Shown here: positions 26,491-39,473 of the stretch, piece by piece
Numbering within the stretch: position 1 is the first letter of the stretch
Layout: each line of letters opens with the position of its first letter
DNA from: the human T2T-CHM13v2.0 reference genome, Homo sapiens
DNA: 64,000 bases
Assembly (NCBI RefSeq): GCF_009914755.1
Contig: NC_060925.1
Strand: one strand, 5' to 3'
Notes under the pieces: model-generated
What the model was told of the DNA's origin: nothing
Databases searched by the model: none
What the model saw: the letters and a program-made list of their open reading frames with translations, nothing else
Made by a program: the position numbers and the translations under genes

Positions 26491-26940
26491 ATGTATCAGC
26501 TGGTGTTTGCTACACAACAAAACATCTTAAAATTTAGTGGCTGTGCCATCCATTTATCAACATGTACAGATCAGCAGATCAAAAATTTGGGCTATACTCA
26601 GCTCTCCAATTCTGTCAGTCTAGCTTACTAGTGTGTTTTCAGTCAGATGTCAGCTTCTTGTTAGACTAGAAGGCTAGTTAGGGCACCTCGAATCTTCTCC
26701 AAATGACCTCTCCATCTCTAGGACGCTAGTCTGGGTATGTTCATATGGTGGCAGAATTCAAGAGCAGCAAGGGAGCAAGCTCTACTGTGAGTGTTTTTCC
26801 AATCTGTCTTTGTGTCATGGTTTCCATCTCTTTGGTCAAAACAAGTCACATCAATCATTGTGGAAGGATACTGCAAGAGAGCAAGGTTATTAAGAAGAGT
26901 AAAAAAATCTGAGTCATTACTGCAATCAATTCACTACTGT
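26491..26940 (-). mobile_element. ERVL/MaLR solo LTR (LTR40- or MLT1-like)
   Basis: tgtatcag...ttgctacacaacaaaacatcttaaaatttagtggct...tttggtcaaaacaagtcacat...cattactgcaatcaattcactac. Confidence 0.6.
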
Positions 26941-28059
26941 TAGTTTTTTCCTTCTGCCTCCTATAATGGCATCTCCTGGACAAGGGGTTGCCCCTACATG
27001 ACACTTTTATCAATATCACAACATGAAAAGTTTAAATGATTAGACCATAATGTCTTCCGCCCTATGATACACTGACCTATCACCCTTGTACTTATGCCAT
27101 GAAGAAGTAAATCAGAGCTAATAGCTTCTCACAAGATCTCAGATGCTTGAGCTGAATCTTATCGAGCCACTGCCAATACTAACAAAACCAAAACTAAAGC
27201 ATTTAGTTGAATAAGTAGACCTTGATGTCTACACTTGCCAGTAAAACAAAAACAACAACAAATAAACCCAGAATGACAGGTTGATGGTACCTCTATCCTT
27301 TCCTTCTCCCCTTCTTCCTCAACTAGACTTCTTATCACTTAACTAAAGTTACCTGCTATTTGGATCAAATCAAATCCAGGGGAATTTGGCACATGGTGAA
27401 AATGGAAAATCAACTGCCACCCACACTCTCTAACTTGGGAGCTGCCAAGAAAAAAATGGGCCTTTCAATGCATTGTTTCAGAGTTTGAAGCTGCTTTCAA
27501 TGGTAGTAATATAACACCCACCCCCACCACCCCATTCTATCCAAAATCCCAAAAGAGACAGCAGAAAAAGCTATTCTACCAGTGACCTCACATAACCTCA
27601 AATTGCTATTCATATTCACAAAACAAGGCCATTTTAAAATATTGCTTCAATGTCTTAAATTCAACCTAATGGCTTCACTTTGTATAATTTTATGTCTTCA
27701 GAGAGCTAGTCAGGCCCTTCCTACACTGAAGATGAATTACTCTTTCATAGGAAATGCTCACTAAGTATCCTGGAATGCCCCTCCACCTCTCAATATTGTT
27801 TGTCTATTAGAGAATCTTTTGTTCCATAAAAAAGTGTCAGAGAAACCTTGTTTTCCTAAGTTTATTAAACTAATTTTGATTTAGGATAAATAAATGTAAC
27901 TTATTTTTAGGTCATTGATGACACGAGATGGTTGAAATTTAAACAAATATTATTAATTCTGCCATTCCAAGCTCTTTTTTAATTACAGCATGCCTAAATA
28001 ACCAGAATTATTGCTTAAACAGCATGTGCTAGTTGTCTCCTCCATGGTAGGTTGAAGAT

Positions 28060-29000
28060 GGATGGAGTCCCTGTCCTCACGCACTAGCTTGCAGCCAAGC
28101 AGGGAGAGATGGAGCAAAAGCAGAGTACATACATTAAAAATAGTTAAAATTATGATAAGTGCTGTGTAGAAAGATCATCAGTGACTGAGATAAAGAGTAA
28201 CAAGGAAGTACTCTTAAATAGTGTCAGAGAAGACCTCTCTAGGGGATAAAAAGTAAAATGAACCTGGAAGAGTCGGCAAGACCTAGCAACATGAAGAATG
28301 GAGAAAGCGCCTTCCTGCTTGAGGAATGAGGCAGGAAGCAAAGTGAAAAGAGCTTCTGTGGACAAGGAGCTGGAAAAATGCAATTGTGTCTTGAGCAGTC
28401 TGAGGAAGGAGAGAGGAACATAAGACAAGTTTGGAGAGTTGCGGAGGGGTGATATCAAGCAGAACATCATAGGCCGTGGTAAAGGGTTTACATATGATTC
28501 TAAGTGAAACAGTAAGACACTGGAGGATTTTAAGCCTGAGAGAGATAAGGTCTGATTAGTGTTTTCGAAGAATCTTTCTATCTGTTACATTGAGCATGAC
28601 AGGAAATGCAAGAATAAAGCTAGGAGAATAGAGGAGGCTATTGTAAAGAGCCAAGGCAAGGGATAATGGTGGCTTAATCCAGGACATAGTAGTGGAGGTA
28701 GAAAAAAGTAGACATATTTTGCAGATAGATTCCAATAACATTCTAGTGACTTAATGTATTGGTGATAAAATACAGAAAGGAATCATGGAGAACATCCACA
28801 TGTGAGGCTCAAAAAAGTTGTAAGCTGTGGTATTATACTAAGGTGAGGAAGGGCAAGAATGGTTGGAAAGCCAGTTGGTGGTGGAACATAAGTATTCAGT
28901 TTTGAACAAGTCAACTTTGCAACATCTCTAAGACATCCAAATTTACTTTTCACGTCGGCAGTCAGATATAATGTCTAGCGCTCAGAGGGAAAGTCAGATA
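28060..29000 (-). mobile_element. L2, long fragment
   Basis: taggccgtggtaaagggttt, ggaggattttaagc, ggaggctattgtaa, ataatggtggcttaatccagg, attcagttttgaacaagt. Confidence 0.8.
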
Positions 29001-29332
29001 TAAGTGTGGGAATACATTTATATATAAACATGTATATAAATATATGGAAATGTATATATGTATGATTGGGGAATTATCATTATGTAAATGGCAATAAAAC
29101 ATATTGATAAATAAAGTAATTTAGAGAGAAACATTAAAGAGAGAAAATTACTAAATTCTGAACCTAGGAAAACACCAAGATCCAGCTGCTTCTTTCTTTC
29201 TTAACAAATTCTCTCTTAATGTTGTCTTCTTTTTTTCTACCACATTTTTTTTTACCACACTATTTTTTTTCCTTCTACCTTTGGAGTCTTTTCTTCCTCT
29301 TCTTTAAAGGATACACTTCATCACTGTCACTT

Positions 29333-29360
29333 ACACACACATACACACACACACACACAC
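29333..29360. repeat. (CA)n microsatellite
   Basis: acacacacatacacacacacacacacac. Confidence 0.95.
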
Positions 29361-32300
29361 AGACTGAACATACTCTAGGGATAGTCTTGAATACTTTCAC
29401 TCTCTATTTTTAAAAAAATTACATTATTTTAAATCTCCACATTTGTGGATAGTAATTTTGATCTAAGAGGATAAATACCTACCCAATATACAGTCATCAT
29501 TCATGGATGCTATTTTTATTTTTCCTTTGATTTTTCTGGGATGTTTTAAAAATACTTTTAAAAAGTTCTTTATTGAAAACTTTTTAATCTTTGACCATAT
29601 TTCTTCAGTTTGTTGAATCTTTTACTGTCTGCTTTTACATTGGTTTAAAATCTCATTTATGTATGTGTGTCCAGAGTTATGACAGCTATCCTGTGAGTGG
29701 GTCTTGAAGCCTGCTCAGGACACAGCTTCAAACCCAACAAGCTCTGGGCATCTATGTTTGGGGATTTAGCTCATTACTGGTGGTGCAATTCTGGGTCCTT
29801 CACCTGCATCTGTAGCACAGGCCTGAGTCCCAGTTTTACAGGTGATGCTGATTCTGCTCCTGGTCATAGGTTGGCACCTTATATCTTGCTGCAGGTATGA
29901 GCATCTGGGTATGGCTGTTCCCAGGTAACTGACGCTTTTTCATTTCTAACATACACAGAAACTCTTCTCGTTTTTGAACCTTGCTTTTCTTTTTCACCAT
30001 GAAGGAGGTTTAGTATATGTTCAGCCAACCATTTTATCACTTTAAACTAAACTTTACTGAGGTATAATTTCCATCTGATAAACTGCATCTGCTTAAAGTA
30101 TACAATCAAATGCATTCTGATACATATATTCACCCATGAAATCACCACCACCATCAAGATACATATCCACCACACATATTACATTCCTCATGGACTTTTG
30201 TAACCATTCCTTCCTGCTCCATCCCATTCCCAGGAAAACCCTAATCTGCTTTTTGTTACTATAGTTTGTATTTTCTAGAATGTTATATAAATGGAATCAT
30301 GTACTATGTATTCTTTTGTATCTGTCTACTTTCACTTCTTTTCCTTTTTTACTGCTGAGTAGTGTTCACATTTTTTTTATCCATTCAGCTTTTGATGTGC
30401 ATTTAAGTTATTTCCATTTGGAGGCTACTATGAATAAAGCTACTATGAAAAATCCTATTTATGTGAAAACGTGTCGTTATTACTCCTGAGTAAATTTAAG
30501 AGTGGAATGGCTGGTTTTTATGGTAGGTGTATGTTTAATCCTTATGTACACTTAATGTCAAACTTAAATGTTCATAATTTTACATTTTCTGAAGTGATAG
30601 TACCATTTTACATTATCACCAGAGGTATACGAAAGTTCCAGATGCTCCACATCTTCACTTTGGTACAATCTGTCTTTTAAAATTTACCTATTTTAATGGA
30701 TGTGTAAGTGGTACCTCATTATTGATTTAATTTGCATTTTGATGACCAATGAAGTTGAGAAACATTCTTTTTTAAAAAACTGATTTGTCTAATCTAGATC
30801 TTTTTCATTTGCACATAAATTTTAGTAACTGCTTATCAATTTCACAAATAAAAAAATCTTCTGGCATTTTGTTTGGGATTTTCCTGAGTTAGCAGATAAA
30901 TTAGAGAAAAATTGTCACCTTAATTATATTAAGTTCATGAATATGATATGACTCCCCAGTTCTGTAGGTGTCCTTTAGTTTATCCTAGGAACATTCTGTA
31001 GTTTTCAGTGTACAGGTCTTGTGTATTTTTGTTAGTTTATTTCTAAATACTTTTAAAGTGCTTTGGTATTGTTTCAAATAGAATTGTTTTTAAATTTCAA
31101 TTGTTTGCTGCTAGTATATAAAAATAAAATTGATTTTTGTAATGTAACTTTTTATCTCACATCCTTGCTAAATTTGTCCATTACTTCAAATAATTTTCTA
31201 AATTTTAATAGGCATTTTCTAAATGACAATGTTTATGTTATCTACTAAGTGAGACAGTTTTACTTCTTCCATTTCAATCTGAATGTATTTTTTTCTTGCC
31301 TTATTATAATGACCTCAGATATTAGTGTAGTGTTTAATATAACTGATGAGAATGGAAATTCTTGCTTGTTCCCTATCCTGGAGGAAAAACATTCAGTATT
31401 TTATTATTAATTAATATGTGAAGTTTTTTGAAAATGTCCTTTTAAGATTCAAAAATGTCCTTTTGCTCATTAGTTTCTGAGAGTTTTTATCACTAAGAAG
31501 TGTTTAATTATGTCAAAATTTTGGAGAATTTGGGGACATCTATCAAAATGATCATATGATTTTACTCTTTATTTTGTTAGTATGATGAATGAAATTGATT
31601 TTTGAATGTCAATCTAACTTTGCCTTTCAGGAATAAGCTCTACTTGATTATTATGACTTGTCCGTTTTAATATTGTTCGACTTTATTTGCTAATATTTTA
31701 AAACAGTAATGCGTTGATTTTAATGAGATGTTAATATTATGTTTATGTTACCTATATATGAATAAACATGTTTATATATAATTGTCAGATTTGGATAGGA
31801 AGGTTTTCCTTGTCTCATGACCAAACAAAGGTAGTTCTTCATCTTATGTTTTCTGAAAAAGTTAGAATAAAGTTGTTATCTAAAAAAATACTTTATAGCA
31901 TTTACCAATGAAATCAATCAGTCTAGAATTTTCTTTGTGGAAATTTTTATAACAGATAAAATTGCTTTAATAAATTTAAGAAAATTAAGATTTTTTCTAT
32001 TTGTCTTGTATCAATTTTGGTAAGTTGCATTTTTTAAATAAATGTCACCATTGAATCTTAGTTGTCTGATTTGCTGGTATAAATTTTATCATTTTGTTGT
32101 CTTATACTTCTAGTGTTTATGAGATTTATAGTGATAATCTCCCACTTATGATTTTGGTGATTTTGTTGTCTCCATTTTTTTCAAAATTAGTCTCTAGGGG
32201 TTTAGAAAATTTTTTGATCCTTTTAAAGTCTATTTGTATGTTTTATATTTGATTGACTTGTGCCCTTTTCCTTTTTTTGATTTTATGTATACATTTTTTT

Positions 32301-32531
32301 CTATCATTTTGAAGTTGAACTTTAGGTCATTAATTTGAGAACTTTTTAAAAATAATATAAGCATTAACACTATAAATTTCCTAAATTCATTGCATTCACT
32401 GATTCTATAAATTTTATTATACTGTACTTTTATCATTCTGTTTGTAATACTTTCTCACTTAATTTATAATTTCTTTATTAAATCATTTATTGCCTAGAAG
32501 GGTGATGATTTCAATTTTTAAACACCTGGTG

Positions 32532-32536
<5 letters not shown>

Positions 32537-32596
<60 letters not shown>

Positions 32597-32619
32597 TGAG
32601 AGAGAGAAAGAGAGAGAGA
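32537..32619. repeat. (TA)27 followed by (GA)n
   Basis: Uninterrupted TA from 32537 to 32590, then gagagagagaaagagagagaga. Confidence 0.97.
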
Positions 32620-32710
32620 TTTCTACTTCAATTCTGCTCCTTTAGATAGACAATTTATCTTGTTTGATTTTGATTGCAGCCTGTGGTCTATCTTAATAAA
32701 TGTACCACAT

Positions 32711-32857
32711 GTACTTGAAAAAAAATGTGTGCCTGTAATTACAGAGTATAGTGCTCTATAAATATCAACTAAGTCAAGGTGGTTGTACTTGAAAAAAATG
32801 TGTGTCTGTAATTACAGAGTACAGTGCTCTATAAATATCGACTAGGTCAAGGTGGTT
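32711..32857. repeat. Tandem duplication, 74/73-bp unit, inside L1
   Basis: gtacttgaaaaaaa...gtcaaggtggtt at 32711-32784 and 32785-32857. Confidence 0.95.
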
Positions 32858-33238
32858 GAAAATATTGTTAAAATCATTTGTCTTTACTAAATTTTTGCCT
32901 GGTTTTATCCACTGAATGTCAATAATATTAAATTCCCTCATTATGATCGTAGAACAGTTGACTTCATTTAGTTTTGCCAATTTTTGCTTTATGTATTTTG
33001 AAACTCTTATTTTGTACATGTATGTTCATAATTGTTACGTCTTCCTAATGAACTGACATCTTTATCATTATGTAATGTCCCTATTTATCTCTGATAATAC
33101 CCCTTGCCTTAAGCTTTTTTTTCTGCTATTAACAGAGCCATTTTAGCCTTCCTATGCTTGATTTTTTTTTGTATGGCATATTGTTTTTCTAACCATTTAC
33201 TCTCACTCTGTGTGTCTTTATGTTTAAAGCACATCTCT

Positions 33239-33499
33239 TCACTTGAGCCCAGGAGTTCAAGATCAGCCTGTGCAACATAGGGAGATCCTGTCCCTACAAA
33301 AAAAAGTATAAAAATTAGCTGGGTATAGTGGCTGGTTCCTGTGGTCCTAGCTAATTGGTAGGCTGAAGCAGGAAAATCACCTGAGCCCTGGTGGTTGAGG
33401 CTGCAGTGAGCTGTTATCATACCATTACACTCCAGCCTGAGCAACAGAGTGAGACCTTGTCTCAAATAATAAAAAATAAATACATAAATACATAAATAA
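33239..33499 (+). mobile_element. AluJ, 5'-truncated, inserted in L1
   Basis: cacttgagcccaggagttcaagatcagcctg...gaggctgcagtgagct...gagaccttgtctc + AAAT-type tail. Confidence 0.9.
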
Positions 33500-33779
33500 A
33501 CAGCATCTCCTGTAGATAGCATAATGGAGTTTTTCAATTTTAACTAATCTGACCATCTCTGCCTTTTGAATGTTTAATCCATTAATATTTAATATAATAT
33601 TGATATGTTTGGAATTAGGTCTAAAATTTTATTATTTGCTTCATGCTTATCTGTTTTTTTTCTTTCTCTGTTTACCACTTCCTGCCTTTTTGGGAATATT
33701 TGAATATGTATATTTTTCTATTCTTAATTTATCATTGGCTTTTTAGTAGTACTTTAAAAATAATGAGTGGAGGTGGATT

Positions 33780-33932
33780 TTATTTTTTTATTTCCAATTT
33801 TTGTTTTAGGTTCAGGAAGTACACGTGCAGGTCTGCTACATGAATAAATTGCATGTCCTGGGAGTTTGTTGTACAGATTATTTTGACACCCAGGTAATGA
33901 GCATAGTAACTGATAGGTAGTTTTTTGATCCT
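33780..33932 (-). mobile_element. L1PA15/16-type 3' end fragment
   Basis: ttttaggttcaggaagtacacgtgcagg...gtacagattattttg..cccaggtaatgagcatagta..gataggtagtttttt. Confidence 0.8.
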
Positions 33933-34669
33933 ATGAAACAAAACTAAATTTTTACATCTTACTTATGCTCTACAATATGGAACATATTTGAAGTACAGCA
34001 ACTTTGGTTTCTAAGCTTAAAGAATGGAAATTAAAAGGAACTAAAAACTTGAAGCTTGTCTATATTTTTTTCCTCATTGTAAGAACTTTTTATTTCATAT
34101 TTTTGTTCTAATGATGTTTGTGCTGCTTGACTAACAATTTCATTCTCCATGAAGTCCAGGCATATACCTTCACTGCAGTTTAAGCCATTAGCAGCAAAAA
34201 GGTTATACTATAAAGAAAAATTCAGTTACAAGCACAGATGTCTATGCTAATTAACACAAACAGCAGAATAAACAATCAAAAAGGTAAATGAGTTTATGTT
34301 ATTATTCCCAGGAAGAGCATTTTCATTCAGTTCAAGGAAAAATTTTTATAAGCTGTTTAACTACTTTAGAAGTAAAACATAAACATACTTGAAGCGCTAG
34401 AGACTTTTTCTGATTAATTCAGTGCCCAAAACAGACATGTCTATGTTGGAGGAGTAATAGAAGTTAAAATGAATTTGTTTAGGCCCAATTAATCTTCTGG
34501 TTATTTCCTTGTCATAACAATGAGCTCATCTCTCTGTTGATGATTTAGTTGCAAGCAGGACTACAAAGTAATTCTTTAAGAATCTTTAGGGTAGTTACTC
34601 CAAAATGCTTACTATCATCAGAAAACATTGTTTTTTTTTATATATTTTAGTCTTATTTTTTAATATTTG

Positions 34670-35010
34670 TATACTACCCAGCAACAAAAAGGAATAAACT
34701 ATTGATATATGCAACAGGAATGAACATCTAATGCATGATGCTCAGTGAAAGAATCCAATCACAAAAGACCCCATACCATATGATTTCATTTATGTAAAAT
34801 TCTAGAAAAGGCAGAACTTACATACACCAGTGGCTACCCAGGGGTTGGAAGGTGTAGAGAAGGTATGCAGAAAAGGGCAGCGAAGAAACCTTTTTCAGGA
34901 TTGATGTGTTTTATATCATGATTGTGGTGGTGGTTATACAACCATACATGTTTGTCAAAAATAATGAAATTATATGCTTGTAATTGGTAAATTTTATTAT
35001 ATGTAAATTA
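34670..35010 (+). mobile_element. L1ME/MC 3' fragment
   Basis: aaaaggaataaactattgatatatgcaaca...atgatttcatttatgtaaaattctagaaaaggca...gattgtggtggtggttataca. Confidence 0.75.
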
Positions 35011-36019
35011 ATCTCCCAAGAAACAGATAAAATATGTTGAAACTGACAAATTATGTTTAAAATGAACCAAAAAAATTCCATCTTAAATTCTTCCTAAAAC
35101 AAATATCTTTTTAAAACTGGTAATAAACTTCTCATTAAAATAATGGAAAACATTTTGAAGATCTGAATTGTCAAAGGCCCAGTCGAAAGTCCTATATACA
35201 CTCTGTACTCTGTAGTATTTCTATATTATTTTACTGATAGAAGCCCAAATATATTCTAGGCATCTTACTAATCATACCAAAAAAAAAAAAAAGAGAGAAC
35301 TGTGACCTTTAAAAATTTGAGATTATGTGTAGCCATTAAATTGTTCTCCTCCAACATTTTGACTAAATTGTTTATTACATTTTGCATACATATACTATAT
35401 ATATCATCTAACTGTACCATCTGATTTTTCATGCGAATATAGGCAGAGGGTTCAAGTTGCTAAATTTGCAGAGCTCCTGTATTATCTTCTATCAGTAAGG
35501 TTCACCCTTATTATTTTTAACAGGTTAATTGTTCTTAAGAGTTATCTTTGTGTCAGACTCTAATCTAGATAGACAGATGCTTTTATTTAGGCTTTTCAAG
35601 ATGATTTCAACTTCCATTGATTTTTTATTTTCGGAAAATCTACAGTAAATGTGATATTTCACTAAATGTGGTAAAGCCTGATTACATCATGTCTTCACAT
35701 TGGTAATTTTAAAAACAGGTAAATGAAGGTTGGGAAGAGAGAAAGGAGGCAACGTTTACAGAAGAGTACTGTTAAATGTTTTTGCAGTAAAGGCTTGGAA
35801 CTAGGACAAAAAGTGGAGGCTAGCTATTCTAGCTGAGGGTTTTGGAATTGCATTCCTTTATATTAGAGAGACTCCAGAGGAGAAGTGAGGCAGAGCTCAT
35901 CATAAATCCAGACCAGAGTACTCTGCTCTGCACTAGTACAGAGGCAGGATTGATGACTCCACCTGAGATTTCCCACATAGCTATGCTCTACTTTGTAGTT
36001 TAACAACAATAATTAAAAA

Positions 36020-36311
36020 GCTCACCCCAGCACTTTGGGAGGCCAAGGTCGGTGGATCACCTGAAGTCAGGAATTCGAAGACAACCTGGCCAACAGATTT
36101 AGTAGCGATGAAACCCCTGTTTCTACTAAAAATACAAAAATTAGCTGGGTGTGGTGGTGCGCACCTGTCGTCCCAGCTACTTGGGAGGCTGAGGTACAGA
36201 ATTGCTTGAACCCACAAGGGAGAGGTTGTAGTGAGAGGAAATCGCACCACTGCACTCCAGCCAAGGTGACAAAGCGAGACTCTGTCTCAAAAAAATAAAT
36301 AAATAAATAAA
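36020..36311 (+). mobile_element. AluS, 5'-damaged, with a small internal insertion
   Basis: cccagcactttgggaggccaagg...gcgagactctgtctc + (AAAT)n tail. Confidence 0.93.
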
Positions 36312-37772
36312 CTAACCAGAACTTTTTCTACATCAAACAGACAAAGCATCCCTGTATCTTCATAGTTGTAACACTGAGAGGTGAGGGTCAATATTGCACC
36401 TTCACTTCTTAAAAATGTATTATTCTTATATCTTGATTGAAAACTTGGAATCAAAAATCTTCCTGGACTATTTATATTGCCACAATGCCCTGTTTTTGAC
36501 ACAAAATAATTATCTGTAACTGCTTTTTTATTAATGTAGACTTCATAGAGCAAGGATTCCTGACTCCTGTGTATGGGTTCCATTAATGATAAGCCACAGA
36601 TGCTGCCAACCAAGCTAGTAAAATCAATTGCTAGAAAAATTTAAAAGTTGATATTTTCTCTTTGGCCCAGTAATTTTACTTCTAGAAATATATCCTAAGT
36701 AATAATAAAGAGTAGGCAAAAATATTAATCTAAACAGAACAAGAAGGAGGAATAGGGGAAGAAGGGAAGTGGGCAGAAGAAAAAAAGAGAAAAGGAAGGT
36801 GAAGGGTTCTGGTGCAGATAGATGTATAGTTTTACAATACAGATGCTATAATTTTTGCTTCCACTTCCATGCTACCATGCTTTCTTTTAACAATCTCATT
36901 CAATATGTGGAGTTGGATGTTCCTCCTCCCTCACAACTCTCATTCCATGAAGAATACCTTTCATCATTAAACCAATGACACAGAGAATAAATGTTTCTTT
37001 CAGAATAAATAACTTTAAGACTCACCATGTTACTGCTATAGAGTATGACATTTGGAACCACTATACAACTGTCATTCATTTCTAAATTATTATATTAAAA
37101 GGGCATATAGAGCTATTTGGTTACTGAGAGCAACTGAAAATATCATGTCTGAGTCAACTCATAGAGAAAGATGCTTGGTTGCGTGATCACAAACCACCCC
37201 TGCATGTTGGTTAATATCCAGCGGACCACCATGGGTCAAATGAGGACTGGATGAAGGACTGTGAATAGCCTGGGGCAATTCACATTATTTTTACATAACT
37301 TTAATAGTTGCATGCTTTCCTAGCAGTGAGCTGAAGCATGGCATGTATAAATTTTTATTATAGAGAAGAAAATTTCAATATGTTATATAAAGAAATAGAT
37401 TTTCCAAGTTCATACATCTCAGAGATCGCCAAGAGGGTAGCAGCTGCTCTGGATATAAAACACTTTTGGATTTAGGATCAGCTATTATGTGTTCAGGGGC
37501 CTACATTATCTTCTCTCAAAGGCTGCAACAAAATTAGTTTTGTTAGTCAGATAATGAGCACGGTGGCTGACACTGAAATAGTCATTGAAAGCTGACGTTC
37601 CCTGCCTTTGGAGTAGTATTGTTACTGATATTTTGTTCCAAGAGGAGGTCAACTAAGAGCAGAAAATATCTGCTATTCTCTGGAAAGTGTATTCGGAATC
37701 TGTACACAGGCAGGCTGCATTGCATAGAGTTCTCAAGAAAAAACAATGTCTGAGGGGTATGTATAGAGAAGA

Positions 37773-38150
37773 TTTTTTTTTCTTTTTTAATTATACTTTA
37801 AGTTCATAGGGTACATGTGCAGGTTTGTTACAAATGTATACATGTGCCATGTTGGTGTGCTGCACCCATTAACTCGTCATTTACATTAGGTATATCTCCT
37901 AATGCTATCCCTCCCCTCTCTCCCCACTCCACTACAGGCCCCAGAGTGTGATGTTCCCCTTTCTGTGTCCAAGTGTTCTCATTGTTCAATTCCCACCTGT
38001 GAGCGAGAACATGCAGTGTTTAGTTTTTTGTCCTTGCGATAGTTTGCTGAGAATGATGGTTTCTAGCTTCATCCATGTCCCTACAAAGGACATTAACTCA
38101 TCCTTTTTTATGGCAGCATAGTATTCCATGGTGTATATGTGCCACATTTT
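37773..38150 (-). mobile_element. L1PA4/5-type 3' end, 5'-truncated
   Basis: ttatactttaagtt...cccattaactcgtcatttacattaggtatatctcctaatgctatccctcccc...gtgtatatgtgccacatttt. Confidence 0.95.
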
Positions 38151-38589
38151 AACCTGAATTTCTGTTAAGTTATGGAAGTTAGAAGAAAGATTCAAATTTT
38201 ACCTTCTTTTTAAAATCAATGGGAGTTTCAGTAGTTATCACTCCCATCAGAAATTTTCTCTGTAGCATAACGTGGTTGGGTAAATCAACACCCTGCTTTC
38301 AGCCCAGTGGAGTTTCTGACCCACGATATTAATAGGATCAAAACTATCCGAAATATGCTCAGGAACCAGTTGACAAAATAGCAAATATAATTGATGACCT
38401 CCCTCATAAAAAACCAACTTATAAAGAAAAACAAATTGTTTTCCTAATTGTATTGAAACTTAGAACTCTCCAATTAATTTATGAATTGAGCCACAGTATG
38501 AGGTTTATTCACAGTTATAACAGTTGTTCTTACCTGAAAATTTTGTCTCTGATAAAAATGTAGTCAAAGACTTATTGAAATCTGTAGTA

Positions 38590-38750
38590 ACAGAATCATA
38601 TAATTACAAAGTTACTCAGCAATCAACCTCCTCACTTACTAAATGGAGAAATTGATAACCAGTGAGGTAGCATGTGGTACTCCAGGTCACATAGCTGGGT
38701 AGTGGCAAAGTTAGGACTAGGGTCAGGTCAGTTGCTTCCCAATTCATATT
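38590..38750 (-). mobile_element. MIR fragment
   Basis: aaatggagaaattga...ccaggtcacatagctgggtagtggcaaagttaggactag. Confidence 0.6.
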
Positions 38751-38923
38751 CTTTGTTTTTATTGACCATTCATTCTTTCAACATATACTTGTTGAGTGCC
38801 ACTATGTTCTTATTACTAAGATAAGCACAGAAGATGCAATGATAAAACATATAACCATGTTTATGTTGTCACATACTTTATATTCTCTTGGAATAGAATA
38901 GTGTAAGATTTCAAAAAAGCAAG

Positions 38924-39473
38924 TGTATTAGTCAAGGTTCTCTAGAGGGACAGGACTGATAGGATAGATGTATATACGAAAGAGAGTTTATTAAGGAGTA
39001 TCAACTCACATAATCACAAGGTGAAGCCTCACAATAGGCTGCCTGCAAGCTGAGGAGCAAGGAAGTCATTCTGAGACCCAAAACCTCAGAAGTAGGGAAG
39101 CCAAGAGTGCAGCCTTCAGTCCATGGCTGAAGGCTCAAGAGTCCCTGGCAATCCACTGGAGTAAGTCCAAGAGTCCAAAAGCTAAAGAACATGGAATTCG
39201 ATGTTTGAGGGCAGGAAGCATCCAGTACAAGAGAAAGATGGAGGCCAGAAGACTCAGGCCAATCCAGTCCTTCCAGGTTCCTCTGCCTGTTTTTATCCTA
39301 GAATGCTAGTAGCTGATTGGATGGTGCCCACTCAGATAGAGGGTGGGTCTGCCTCTCTCTGTTACCTGACTCAAATGTTAATCTCCTTTGGCAGCACCCT
39401 CACAGACATACCTAGAAACAATACTTTGCATCCTTCAATCCAATCAAGTTGACACTCAATATTAGCCATCACA
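38924..39473 (-). mobile_element. MLT2A2-like solo LTR (HERV-L)
   Basis: tgtattagtcaaggttctctagagggacag...ccttcaatccaatcaagttgacactcaatattagccatcaca; 5-bp TSD gcaag at 38919-38923 and 39474-39478. Confidence 0.92.

Larger units (their letters stand above)
30045..33760 (-). mobile_element. Old L1 (L1MC/ME-type), 3' UTR into ORF2, with internal deletions
   Basis: actttactgaggtataattt 3' end; minus-strand ORF 32774-33019 (YIKQKLAKL..STIIMREFN..NHLDLVDIYRALY) is a decayed L1 endonuclease. Confidence 0.9.

Noticed and set aside
29698-29736. Hairpin TGGGTCTTGAAGC...GCTTCAAACCCA as a pre-miRNA
   Set aside because: Stem too short (~12-14 bp); probably within decayed LINE sequence
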